NCBI RefSeq assembly: GCF_900232105.1
Contig: NZ_LT934425.1
Coordinates: 1,860,001 to 1,892,000, forward strand
From: Candidatus Kuenenia stuttgartensis
GTDB taxonomy: Bacteria; Planctomycetota; Brocadiia; Brocadiales; Brocadiaceae
Length of the DNA stretch: 32,000 bases
Direction of reading: 5' to 3'
Within the stretch, counting starts at the first letter, position 1; each line of letters begins with the position of its first letter. Below, one piece after another: positions 1 through 10,244 of this stretch. Under the pieces are notes generated by a model that worked only from the letters and a program-made list of their open reading frames with translations, was not told the origin of the DNA and ran no database searches. The position numbers and the translations under genes are program-made.

Positions 1-372
1 GCTATCATGATGGGTGATTATGATTCGGTGAAAAAGGAAGCAGACATCGTCGTTGAGAAAAGCGAGAGCTTGTTGAGAAGTTTTTTCCCGGAAGGGGAAC
101 CTGTTGGTAAATGGATGGAAGGCTCTGGTATTTCAGGTTTAGATCAAAACAATCCAAAGATGGTACAGGCGGTGAAAGAGGATGTTGAAAAATACATACT
201 CAAGATCACCAGCTCGGCAAAAAAAATAGCAGAAATTTCTACAAAACAAAATATTGCAGAGACGTATAATAGCTTTGATTTGATGCTAAGGGATGCTTGC
301 TTTAAATGTCATGAGACCTATCGTTCCAAGTGGCCTGAATGGCCTGAATGGATGCAGATAGGCGGGGGATAA
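1..372 (+). CDS. class II c-type cytochrome (cytochrome c'-like), probably 5'-truncated by the window edge
   Basis: Frame 1 is open from nt 1. There is a single heme-attachment motif CFKCH near the C-terminus followed by ETYR, and the rest looks helical. This is the layout of four-helix-bundle class II cytochromes c. No signal peptide is visible, consistent with a missing N-terminus. Confidence 0.6.
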   Translation, partial: AIMMGDYDSVKKEADIVVEKSESLLRSFFPEGEPVGKWMEGSGISGLDQNNPKMVQAVKEDVEKYILKITSSAKKIAEISTKQNIAETYNSFDLMLRDACFKCHETYRSKWPEWPEWMQIGGG

Positions 373-434
373 AAAAATTTAAGAAATCGTAAAAACCTTT
401 TTTATGTTCTGCTGGAACATAGAAGGGAGGAGCA

Positions 435-854
435 ATGAGACCCGAACAAATAGAGCTGGTTCGGAAGACATTTGCAAAAATTCAACCTGTTTCCTACAAA
501 GCAGCGGAAATGTTTTACAGGCATTTGTTTGAGACAGACCCTTCATTAAGACAACTTTTTAAAAGAGACATAAAGAAACAAGGGCGTATGCTCATGCAAA
601 TGATTGACTTTGCAGTCAAAGGTTTAGACGACCCGGAAATAATCCTGCCTGCAATTCAGGCGCTGGGAAAACGTCATGTTGGATATGGAGTAAAAGAAGA
701 GCATTATGAAACTGTCGGCAATGCTTTGCTTTGGACTTTAGAGCAGGGTTTGGGAGATGCTTTTACCTTGGAGGTAAAAGAAGCATGGAGTGAGGCGTAT
801 AAATTACTGGCAGGTGTAATGATCGAAGCTGCAAGTGGCAGCAAATGCACCTAA
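435..854 (+). CDS. single-domain bacterial hemoglobin (Vitreoscilla Vgb / flavohemoglobin N-domain-like globin)
   Basis: ATG is preceded by GAAGGGAGGAG. By-eye alignment to Vgb matches FY..LF..P..R.LF, LPAI, K(R)H..GV..EHY..VG..LL and LGDA...AW..AY. Tyr-B10 (MFYRHLF), Gln-E7 (KKQGRML) and the proximal His (GKRHVGYGV) are retained. No reductase domain is present. Confidence 0.8.
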   Translation: MRPEQIELVRKTFAKIQPVSYKAAEMFYRHLFETDPSLRQLFKRDIKKQGRMLMQMIDFAVKGLDDPEIILPAIQALGKRHVGYGVKEEHYETVGNALLWTLEQGLGDAFTLEVKEAWSEAYKLLAGVMIEAASGSKCT

Positions 855-876
855 CTTTCGTTCTTTGAAAAAACAT

Positions 877-941
877 GGGCGAAGCATTTGCCAATTTGGG
901 TATTTGCGTATTAATGACATCTTATAGCAAATGCTTCGCCC
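877..941 (-). terminator. stem-loop with 15-bp perfect arms, probable terminator of the radical SAM gene
   Basis: GGGCGAAGCATTTGC (877-891) pairs with GCAAATGCTTCGCCC (927-941) across a 35-nt loop. On the minus strand the hairpin is followed by ATGTTTTTTC. It lies between convergent genes, 30 nt past the stop at 972. There is no T-run on the plus side. Confidence 0.5.
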
Positions 942-971
942 CTATATTAAAAATTCATTAATAAGGTTTCC

Positions 972-2198
972 TTACACCATAATTTTTTGTTTACTTTCTT
1001 CGACTGCAATTACCGTCCCGCAGCCGATTTCTTCATCTGTTAAGTAGCATGCGGGGTCATGCTCCCATATATCGCCGTAGAATGCCTCTGCCCTTGCTCT
1101 AAAGTTTCCTCCGCATATATTCAGCCATTTACACAAGGCGCAACGCCCTTTTATATAGGGGTTTTTATTTTTAAGTTTTGCCATTAGTTCATTTGATGTA
1201 TCTTCCCATATTTCGCTGAACTTTCTCTTTCTCACGTTTCCAAAGGAATATTGCCTCCAGAATTGATCTGCGTAAACCTCGCCATCCCAACTAATACAGG
1301 CCAACCCTTTGCCGGAGCTGTTTCCCTCGTTCCACTGAAGAAGTTCCAATACATCCTTTGCCCTCTTCGCATCTTCTTTCAACAGACGTAAGTAAATATA
1401 CGGGCCATCCGCATGATTATCTACCGTAAGCACTTCTATCTTCTTACCTTTGTCGTGGGATTCTTTTGTTTTATTTATTATTAAATCTACGACTTTCCGC
1501 GTTTCTTCGTGAGAAAGATCCTCTTCGATCAAATTGGAACCTCTTCCCGAGTATACCAAATGATAAAAACATACCCGTGGTATATTTTCCTTTTCAATAA
1601 GGTGGAATATCCCAGGGATATCATGCGCATTGCGCTTATTGATTGTAAAACGAAGTCCAACTTTTATGCCGGCTGCCATACAATTTCTTATGCCTTCTAT
1701 TGCCAGGTCAAATGCTCCCGGAATGCCCCGAAAACGATCATTTGTTTCCCTAAGTCCGTCCAGACTGATCCCAACATAAGAAAGGCCGAATTTTTTCAGT
1801 TCATCCGCCTTTTCTTTCGTAATCAATGTGCCGTTAGTACTTATTACCGCCCGTAATCCTTGCGCTTTGGCATATTCTATCAATTCCAGAAGGTCTGGGC
1901 GCATGAGTGGCTCTCCACCGGAAAAAAGAATCACCGGGGCGCCGTACTCAGCTATGTCATCCAACATTGCCTTTGCCTCTTTTGTTGATAATTCATTTGG
2001 ATATTCGATATCTTTCGATTGAGAATAACAATGTACGCATTTTAAATTACATCTTTGGCCTACATTCCAAACAACAACGGGTTTTTTATCTTTTGAAAAT
2101 TGCAATAAATGTGACGGAAGTTTTTTGGATTCTCTTCCATATCTTAAAGCATCAGAAGGTTCAACCGTTCCACAATATAATTTTGATATACCAATCAT
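972..2198 (-). CDS. radical SAM/SPASM-domain enzyme, AhbC/AhbD (NirJ1/NirJ2)-like heme-modification family
   Basis: It has the CNLKCVHC (CxxxCxxC) cluster motif after VVVWNVGQR and a Cys-rich C-terminal auxiliary-cluster region (CALCKWLNICGG...ACY). The N-terminus MIGISKLYCGTVEPSDALRYG recalls NirJ-like/alternative heme biosynthesis radical SAM proteins from memory. AGGAGA SD precedes the ATG. The subfamily call is less certain than the superfamily call. Confidence 0.8.
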   Translation of the reverse strand: MIGISKLYCGTVEPSDALRYGRESKKLPSHLLQFSKDKKPVVVWNVGQRCNLKCVHCYSQSKDIEYPNELSTKEAKAMLDDIAEYGAPVILFSGGEPLMRPDLLELIEYAKAQGLRAVISTNGTLITKEKADELKKFGLSYVGISLDGLRETNDRFRGIPGAFDLAIEGIRNCMAAGIKVGLRFTINKRNAHDIPGIFHLIEKENIPRVCFYHLVYSGRGSNLIEEDLSHEETRKVVDLIINKTKESHDKGKKIEVLTVDNHADGPYIYLRLLKEDAKRAKDVLELLQWNEGNSSGKGLACISWDGEVYADQFWRQYSFGNVRKRKFSEIWEDTSNELMAKLKNKNPYIKGRCALCKWLNICGGNFRARAEAFYGDIWEHDPACYLTDEEIGCGTVIAVEESKQKIMV

Positions 2199-2362
2199 AT
2201 CTTTCTCCTGTTAATACGAAACATACACAACAACGACTAACAACACCTACTTTAAAATAGCATTATTTTCGCAGTATATATTTCTCTCTACGATGAATAA
2301 ATTATCATTTATGTAATAATTTTTATTCTAACAAAATAACGTCCATAAATATATTCTAAAAT

Positions 2363-3508
2363 CTACTGCCCAACTGCATAAAGGCGCCAGTCGGCGCAGC
2401 CAATGTAAATATTGTTTCGGGAATCTATTGCCGGCGAAGAAAGCAATGAGTTTTTAAAATCAAGTTTCCACTTAAGAGAGCCGTCTTTATTTATAGCGTA
2501 TAAATTACCATCCCATGACCCGACATAAATAATGTCCTTTGCATCAACCGTTGGAGTTGCGGTGACAGGTTTATTTGTTTTAAACTTCCATTTTAAACTT
2601 CCATCATTCTTCACTGCACATACACCGCCATCGTGTGTGCCAATGCAAATTGTTCCATCAGAGCAGAGTACCGGCGAAGAGTGCGTGCGGGAGTCAAGAT
2701 CAAATCCCCATTTCAGGGTACCGTCCAGATTAACTGCATATAATTTTCCAGTTACATCGGCAATATATATTACACTGTTGCCAATTGCGGGAGAAGCGTC
2801 TATTTTGCCTTCTGTCCGGAATTTCCACATCAAACCACCATCCCTTTTAATGGCATACAGGTGTTTATCCCACGAGCCGACATAAATTGTATTATTTTGC
2901 CCGATAGCAGGAGAAGATGCAATAATTGCAGATCCTGTCTTAAATTTCCATAAAAGCTTTCCCTGAGCATCGACCGCATAAAGATTGCCATCATAGGCGC
3001 CAAAATAAATATTGCCCTCTGCATCAATAACCGGCGAGGAATGGATGGACGTATTTGTGTTGAATTTCCATTTCATTTTTCCGTAAGCATCAACTGTATA
3101 AAGATTTCCATCAACCGCTCCAAAATAGATGTCTCCGTTTTCCCCCACCGCGGGCGTTGCAAAAATCTCATCTTCCGACTTAAATGCCCACAAAACATTC
3201 CCTTCAGGGGCTATTGCTAACAAATTACCATCCGTGCTTGTTATATAAATATTTCCTTCTTTAGAAATTACCGGAGAAGACCATATCTCACCGGCGCTGG
3301 AAACATACCACTTTATCTCGTTTTTAAAAGGCCCATCGAAAGGCGTTTTGCCAGTCCTTTCTCTGTTGTATTTGAACATGGGAAATGCACTGTTGGCATC
3401 TGTTGCGTAAACATTCCCGCTATCGACATAATCGCATATCACAATAGTGCACAGAATAAAACAAAATATGCGTATCAAGTCCTTTGCCGGATTATTTTCT
3501 AATTTCAT
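2363..3508 (-). CDS. secreted PQQ-like (BamB-type) beta-propeller repeat protein
   Basis: It has an N-terminal hydrophobic signal/anchor. Eight reiterations of about 40 aa carry the motif DGNLYA(V/I)..(D)G..KWKF.T, typical of PQQ-like beta-propeller blades. Confidence 0.8.
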   Translation of the reverse strand: MKLENNPAKDLIRIFCFILCTIVICDYVDSGNVYATDANSAFPMFKYNRERTGKTPFDGPFKNEIKWYVSSAGEIWSSPVISKEGNIYITSTDGNLLAIAPEGNVLWAFKSEDEIFATPAVGENGDIYFGAVDGNLYTVDAYGKMKWKFNTNTSIHSSPVIDAEGNIYFGAYDGNLYAVDAQGKLLWKFKTGSAIIASSPAIGQNNTIYVGSWDKHLYAIKRDGGLMWKFRTEGKIDASPAIGNSVIYIADVTGKLYAVNLDGTLKWGFDLDSRTHSSPVLCSDGTICIGTHDGGVCAVKNDGSLKWKFKTNKPVTATPTVDAKDIIYVGSWDGNLYAINKDGSLKWKLDFKNSLLSSPAIDSRNNIYIGCADWRLYAVGQ

Positions 3509-3726
3509 TTATTTTTTTTCCTTATTTAAATTAGGTTGGGTTTTAAAAAACTAAAAACCTTACAACAAATGAGGCTAAAATAGCGGCTTTTAGTGCTGCA
3601 GACAGGAGGAAAACCTTGGCTATACACCTTGTTTTGTCCTACCGAGAACGCAGGTAGAACCTGCAGGGATAAGATATGCAAAATATGCTGGATACCGATA
3701 TAAATAAAAGGGGAAATCCACTGCTA

Positions 3727-4566
3727 TTAAATGTCAGGGATAATCAATTCCTGGCCGGCCTTTAATACATTTGCATTTTTTATATTGTGTTTATTTGCCT
3801 CTAATATTTTTTTCCATTTTGATCCGTCTTTATAATGCTTTAAAGCAATTTTATACAATGAATCTCCCGCCTGCACGACGTGTTTCTTTGCGGCTGTTGT
3901 TTGTTCAGTTACTTCATGCGCCACCAAACGCGTACTTCTTTCATCTGATACCTGCGCAGGGATTTCATTTTTATTTGGTATAATGAGTTCCGTACCCACG
4001 CGAAGATTGTTGCGGTCATAAATCCGATCCTGGTTTGCATTAAAAATCAGCAGCCATTTATTATCATCGCCATAATATTTCCTGGCAATTTTATGCAGGG
4101 TGTCCCTCTCTTGCACCTTATATATCACGACGTTTGGGTTTTGCGACGATTCTGATTCTGCGGGTAGAATGCTTTTTCCCTGATACTCGTGTTCCCGGCT
4201 TTTGATAGCCTGTTTTTGACTGCCTGCCGCAACTTTGTTTTCGGCATTGCCTGCATTCCTCAATTCACCCTCAATTACATAGTCTTGCTCTTCAACTGCC
4301 GGTTCCTGTCCAATGTTTTCTCTTTTTGGCTCTACCCCTCCACGGATTTCGTCCTCCTTCTTTGCCAGGTCTTCGCCTTGTGGAGATAAGCCTTCCGGAT
4401 GCTTAGGAAGTTCATTCAGACTTAATAAATCCCGTGATACATCACCATCTATTTCCGGAATGGGGATAATAGGCTCTTTTACATTGGTTCTTGTGCTAAG
4501 AAAAACTCCGATAATTGCAAGAATAATCACTCCCAAGATAACGCCGACCTGCACATCTCTTTTCAT
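3727..4566 (-). CDS. membrane-anchored protein with two LysM peptidoglycan-binding domains
   Basis: Two LysM repeats are present (YKVQERDTLHKIARKYYG...LRVGTELIIP and HVVQAGDSLYKIALKHYK...LKAGQELIIP), plus an N-terminal TM helix. The ORF-track start at 4617 is a TTG. The first ATG (4566) has AAAGGGA upstream and is preferred. Confidence 0.8.
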   Translation of the reverse strand: MKRDVQVGVILGVIILAIIGVFLSTRTNVKEPIIPIPEIDGDVSRDLLSLNELPKHPEGLSPQGEDLAKKEDEIRGGVEPKRENIGQEPAVEEQDYVIEGELRNAGNAENKVAAGSQKQAIKSREHEYQGKSILPAESESSQNPNVVIYKVQERDTLHKIARKYYGDDNKWLLIFNANQDRIYDRNNLRVGTELIIPNKNEIPAQVSDERSTRLVAHEVTEQTTAAKKHVVQAGDSLYKIALKHYKDGSKWKKILEANKHNIKNANVLKAGQELIIPDI

Positions 4567-4840
4567 AATTTTTGTCCCTTTCTTTTGCCGCAATAGGAAT
4601 GAATACTTAAAAATCAACGCAGAACCATGTCTTGCTTTTTGTTAAAATGTTATTTCGTCCATCCAATACTATAGCCAAACAAATATGATTTTAGAAATTT
4701 TGCGATAAAATGGCTTTCTAAAAAACAGATTTATCTGACTAAGCATACTATCAAACATACCCCTTAATCTCCTCTAAGAAGAGGAGCCGGGGAGTGTGTA
4801 AATTTTTCGAAAAATTTAATATAATCTCTTAATATCTATA

Positions 4841-4890
4841 GGGTGGGTTGGCGCACGGGCAACCTTGTTTGTCCGTGCGCCAACCCACCC
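4841..4890. other. GC-rich perfect 18-bp stem-loop in the secDF/LysM spacer
   Basis: GGGTGGGTTGGCGCACGG (4841-4858) pairs with CCGTGCGCCAACCCACCC (4873-4890) across a 14-nt loop. It lies about 160 nt downstream of the secDF stop. There is no flanking U-run on either strand, so it is not a canonical intrinsic terminator. Confidence 0.6.
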
Positions 4891-5052
4891 TTAATTTACC
4901 CTCTCAGCAGGGACTTTTTATATTTTCCCAACTTGGGATAGTTTAGAGGAATGGGCTAAACTATTACCCAGACAAAAGACTCCTGCCGGATAAATCATTA
5001 GCACTATTCAAATTTACCGATACACAAAGCCTTTAAAGGCCTACCGTCTGTT

Positions 5053-8000
5053 TTATGCCTTATTCGCCGATACAACCGCCTTTCCCTTTTGCTTTTGTGA
5101 GGTATGTCTTACTTTTGGCGCAGATTGCCCTCTAAGCAACAACGGAGAAGCTATAAAAATAGAAGAATACGTGCCCACTATAATACCCGTTAACATAACA
5201 AAGGCAAATCCATGAATTTCCGCTCCGCCAAGGAAGAACAAGGAGAACAATACACCAATAGTAGTAGCGCTTGTCAATATCGTACGGCTTAACGTCTGGC
5301 TAATACTTTCATTGATGAGTTGTGCGTTTAATATCTTGCCGCGTCCCTCCATGTTCTCTCTGATTCTGTCAAAAACAATTATCGTATCATTCAGCGAATA
5401 TCCCACTACAGCAAGAAACGCCGCAACCATTGAACTGTCGAATTTCATATTGCCGAATAAATAGTCCGCTACAGCCACAACTCCCAACGTTATAAGAATA
5501 TCATGAATAACCGCAATAATTGCTGCAGAACCAAATCTGAAATCCCCAAAACGAAACCATACGTAAAATATAGTCGCTGCGCACGCAAAGAAGACCCCTA
5601 ATATAGCGCGGCTTTTCATCTCATCTGCCACCGTTGAGCCAATGCTTACAACTCTCTTTAGTGGATTGGGAACAATAAACGCCTTTTGAATCGCTTCCTT
5701 TGCTGCTCCAACATTTTGTTGTTCGTTAAAGGATAACGCAACCGTTTGATATTCCTTGTCCATTGCCAGATTTTCAGTCAATAAGCCTGTATAACCCGCA
5801 GAATCCAATGTCTTTTCTATCGTTTCCTTGCGAAGGGGTTTCGACAATGTCATGTTGAAGAGGTAATCGCCAATTTCCTGAAAAGCCACATCGATCTTTT
5901 CTTCGTACAGGTTGTCTTTGAATTTGTTTATAATATCCTCTTTGATTTTTTCCTGTATCTTTTCCGCGCTCAATGGATTCAGGTGAATTGCAAATGTTTG
6001 CGCTGGCGCGTCCAGGGTATAAACACTTTTAATCATGTTTTTCACCGCCCTGATTTTGCTTATCATGCTGACAAAATCTGATTTGCTTATTTTGTCTTTC
6101 AATTCCACCTTTACAGCAGATGTATCCCCATCAAAATAAATCCCAGGCAAAGAAATTTTATCGTTAAAGGATTGCTTTATATTTTGCAAAGCCGTTCTTG
6201 ATCCTTCAATTCTTAGCTTGTTAACAGTACCTTTTTTTTCACTCCCGGGCTGTTCGGTCACTTTGACATTATTAAAACCCTGCCTGTTTAATTCAATTTC
6301 TAACAATACAGGGGCTATTCGTCTGTTTAAATCAACCTCTATAAAAGGTACTGACATTTGTGCCTGCAATGTTTCAACCACCTCACCCAGAGTTATCTTC
6401 GCCTCCTGGAATACAAGATGGTCTTTAAGTCCATTTACCATTGCACCTATCAAGCGTGACCTCTCTGGCTCCTCATCAATTCCGGCAATATTTAATAAAT
6501 ATTTATTGGCAAGGAGGTTAACAGGCATTATGGACGCCACATCTTCCTCGCTATATCCAGCCTGTTTCAGATTTTTTTGCACTGCTAATTCATCTATTGG
6601 CCTTTGCAATTTTAAATTAAATATTGTCGGCTTTATAAAATCGATACCCTGTAATAATTCCGTCTGGCCAAATACATTGCTTATATCCGTAGCAATTTTT
6701 TGCTTTTCCTTTTCTTCGTTTATCTCTTTAATTCTTATGCCAAACTCATCTGCTTTTGAAACAAACTGAGTCAGGTTTTCGCCTGACCATATGCTCTGCA
6801 CCTCTGCTTCCCCATAACCTGCATCTTTTAATGATGTTCTGATAAAACCAGGTGTTGTTTCGTTTTTCAGGTGTAAATGCACGAGCGTTCCGCCGGTAAA
6901 ATCTATATCATACTTTTTGTCTCCGCGAATGACAAAAAAGGTCATGCCGCCAAGAACACAGACCCCGGAAACGATAAATAAAATATGCCGTATGCTAAGG
7001 AACCTGATGTCTGGAACACCAATTAGCCTCAACATCGAAAAACTCTTTACCCATTTTAAATCCATTAACAATTCATATATTGTTCTCGTAACAAATATTG
7101 CGGTAAACAAGTTTATAATCAAACCAATGATCAATATCCATGCAAAGCCTTTTACCGGGCCTGTGCCGACTGAGGCAAGTATTACGCCGGTAATTAACGT
7201 CGTAATATTAGAATCGAAAATTGCGGAAAACGCCTTTTGGTATCCTGCTTTCACCGCAGCGCGAATAGGTTTTCCCTTTGCCCTTTCTTCTCGGATTCTT
7301 TCGTAAATAAGCACATTCGCATCTACGCCCATACCTATCATGAGCACTAACCCTGCTATTCCGGGAAGCGTTAATGTTGCGTTCAGCAATGCCATTATCC
7401 CAATGATCAAAAACACATTCAATGCGTTCGCAAAATTTGCAACCCAACCTATGCCCAGATAGTAAATACCTATAAAGAGGACAACAAAGATTCCCCCGAT
7501 AATACCAGCCGTCAGGCCTTTATTGATAGAATCCCTTCCCAGACTTGGGCCAACCATGGTCTCCATTTCCAGCTCCAGGTCTGCCGGAAGACTTCCCGCC
7601 CTCATTGTCGCAATAAGTTCATTGACTTCGTTCTGTGTAAAACTCCCCTCAATAATGCCCTTTCCCGGTATGCGGTCACGTATTGTTGGGGCGGAATATA
7701 AAATTCCATCCAAAATAATCGCCAGCGGCTTGCCGATGTTTCTCTCCGTAATTTGCCCGAATTTCGATTTTCCTGCAGCGTCAAATTCAAAACCGACTAC
7801 AGGCTCTATCCCCTTTGTATCCGCATAAATTCTGGATAAATGTTCTCCGGTGATTTCTGTTGTATTTCTCACGAGGAACCACTTTCCTTCCTCTCCCTCT
7901 TCACCTTTTCGTTTCCGCAGCCAGTGTTTGTAATATCCGGGAACGCTTTTCCCTTCCATTGCGTCTTTATATTCAACGCTATCAGTGCTTGCGGCCAGGC

Positions 8001-8529
8001 GGAACTCCAGTTTCCCCAGCTTGGTTATGCGGTTTTTCAGGCTTTCCGTTTCACTCCTTGTTGCCCCCGGTACCTGAATAAGGATTCTCCTATGACCCTG
8101 CTCCTGTATCCTGTATTCCATCACACCCTGCGGATCTATCCTCTTTTTTAATACCTCAATAATTTCTTTTGTAATGCCAGGGCGGTCTTCTCTTTCATCT
8201 ACCCGGACCGTATAAAGCAACTCCGAACCGCCTTTAAGGTCCAATCCAAGTTTAATCTTTCCCTTTGTAAAATATTCAACGGTTTTGGTGGTTATCTTTT
8301 TGCCATCTGTACCAATTTCCTCGCCGATGATCGTTTCACGGATAATAGGATTCGTTACCAAAAAATGTGTCCATGCTTTCTCAACTATTTTGCTTTCAAT
8401 GACTTTGCCATCTGCTTCTTTTACCATCTCTCTCTTTAAGACCTTTTCCGCTGGTGGGTACAAGATCATAAATCCAATAGCAATCACTATCACAATGAGA
8501 GGTATCTTCCACCTTAAGTTTTTTCCCAT
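5053..8529 (-). CDS. secDF: fused protein-export membrane protein SecDF (1158 aa) with an expanded SecF periplasmic region
   Basis: SecD hallmarks are present (LGLDLKGG, P1 head region, six-TM block with GIDANVLI-type motif MGVDANVLIYERIREE). These are followed by the SecF start motif YDIDFTGGT and a second six-TM block (LNDTIIVFDRIREN). GAGGAGA SD precedes the ATG. It sits downstream of yajC and tgt, as in the classical operon. Confidence 0.93.
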   Translation of the reverse strand: MGKNLRWKIPLIVIVIAIGFMILYPPAEKVLKREMVKEADGKVIESKIVEKAWTHFLVTNPIIRETIIGEEIGTDGKKITTKTVEYFTKGKIKLGLDLKGGSELLYTVRVDEREDRPGITKEIIEVLKKRIDPQGVMEYRIQEQGHRRILIQVPGATRSETESLKNRITKLGKLEFRLAASTDSVEYKDAMEGKSVPGYYKHWLRKRKGEEGEEGKWFLVRNTTEITGEHLSRIYADTKGIEPVVGFEFDAAGKSKFGQITERNIGKPLAIILDGILYSAPTIRDRIPGKGIIEGSFTQNEVNELIATMRAGSLPADLELEMETMVGPSLGRDSINKGLTAGIIGGIFVVLFIGIYYLGIGWVANFANALNVFLIIGIMALLNATLTLPGIAGLVLMIGMGVDANVLIYERIREERAKGKPIRAAVKAGYQKAFSAIFDSNITTLITGVILASVGTGPVKGFAWILIIGLIINLFTAIFVTRTIYELLMDLKWVKSFSMLRLIGVPDIRFLSIRHILFIVSGVCVLGGMTFFVIRGDKKYDIDFTGGTLVHLHLKNETTPGFIRTSLKDAGYGEAEVQSIWSGENLTQFVSKADEFGIRIKEINEEKEKQKIATDISNVFGQTELLQGIDFIKPTIFNLKLQRPIDELAVQKNLKQAGYSEEDVASIMPVNLLANKYLLNIAGIDEEPERSRLIGAMVNGLKDHLVFQEAKITLGEVVETLQAQMSVPFIEVDLNRRIAPVLLEIELNRQGFNNVKVTEQPGSEKKGTVNKLRIEGSRTALQNIKQSFNDKISLPGIYFDGDTSAVKVELKDKISKSDFVSMISKIRAVKNMIKSVYTLDAPAQTFAIHLNPLSAEKIQEKIKEDIINKFKDNLYEEKIDVAFQEIGDYLFNMTLSKPLRKETIEKTLDSAGYTGLLTENLAMDKEYQTVALSFNEQQNVGAAKEAIQKAFIVPNPLKRVVSIGSTVADEMKSRAILGVFFACAATIFYVWFRFGDFRFGSAAIIAVIHDILITLGVVAVADYLFGNMKFDSSMVAAFLAVVGYSLNDTIIVFDRIRENMEGRGKILNAQLINESISQTLSRTILTSATTIGVLFSLFFLGGAEIHGFAFVMLTGIIVGTYSSIFIASPLLLRGQSAPKVRHTSQKQKGKAVVSANKA

Positions 8530-8609
8530 TTCCGTTTCCGTCTCCTCAAACGGCTCCCTTTCCGTTATTCATGAAAAATTTGTCAAATCAACACAAAAGA
8601 GCAAAGTAT

Positions 8610-9011
8610 CTACTTCTTTTCCTTGCCCTCTTTTCCTTTGCTCTCTTTTTCCTTACTTTCTGACGTCATCGCCTCCGCTTCTGTTTCTTCTTCAACATCA
8701 CTATCATGCGAGGTTTCCAATACCGTGGCAATTGAACTCCTGTCCACCTTAACTTTAACGTCTTTTGACTCATCTATGCGAATAACCACCTCAGTTTCCC
8801 GCACAGAGGTAACAACCCCGTGAATACCTCCCGCGGTAATGACCCTGTCACTCTTTCTTATCCGGGACAATAATGCTTTACGCTCCTTTTCTTTTCTCTT
8901 TTGAGGCCGGAGTATTAAAAAATACATTACCACAAACATAAGTATAAATGGAAGCAATAAAGACATCATCCCGCCGGGCCCTTTTCCAGCCGCTTGTAAT
9001 AGAACAAGCAT
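8610..9011 (-). CDS. yajC: preprotein translocase subunit YajC
   Basis: It has a single TM plus the motif ILRPQKRKEKERKALLSRIRKSDRVITAGGIHGVV. A perfect AAGGAGG SD is present. It lies between tgt and secDF. It has a long acidic/lysine-rich tail. Confidence 0.9.
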   Translation of the reverse strand: MLVLLQAAGKGPGGMMSLLLPFILMFVVMYFLILRPQKRKEKERKALLSRIRKSDRVITAGGIHGVVTSVRETEVVIRIDESKDVKVKVDRSSIATVLETSHDSDVEEETEAEAMTSESKEKESKGKEGKEKK

Positions 9012-9112
9012 AATATTCCTCCTTACTACTAAAAAAATTAAACGAACCTTTCCCCGTCAACTTCACCATATGCGACCAATGCCGCCAACACAATATTGCT
9101 GAAAAAAATCTT

Positions 9113-10219
<1,107 letters not shown>

Positions 10220-10244
10220 TTATTTCCCCCAAAAGAATGGGTGA

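Noticed and set aside
339-359. Tandem duplication TGGCCTGAA-TGGCCTGAA (WPEWPEW) at the end of the cytochrome gene
   Set aside because: It is a single 9-bp in-frame duplication after the heme motif. It is probably a trivial slippage polymorphism with no evidence of function.
1509-2260. Plus-strand ORFs of 64-117 aa inside the radical SAM gene
   Set aside because: They are antisense shadow ORFs. The minus-strand product has the CxxxCxxC and SPASM signatures.
3590-3680. Strings resembling conserved RNA motifs (GGAGGAAAAC like the RNase P GAGGAAAGUCC box; AGCCAAGG on the minus strand like SRP RNA domain IV)
   Set aside because: The surrounding sequence does not form the required helices (no GNRA-capped helix 8, no P4 pairing partners). 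The 218-bp gap is also too short for RNase P RNA.
6218-8752. Several 100-180-aa plus-strand ORFs (6218-6769, 6917-7306, 7523-7828, 7840-8151, 8285-8752)
   Set aside because: All lie antisense inside secDF or yajC. They have S/F/I/P-rich nonsense-like sequence without motifs or ribosome-binding sites.
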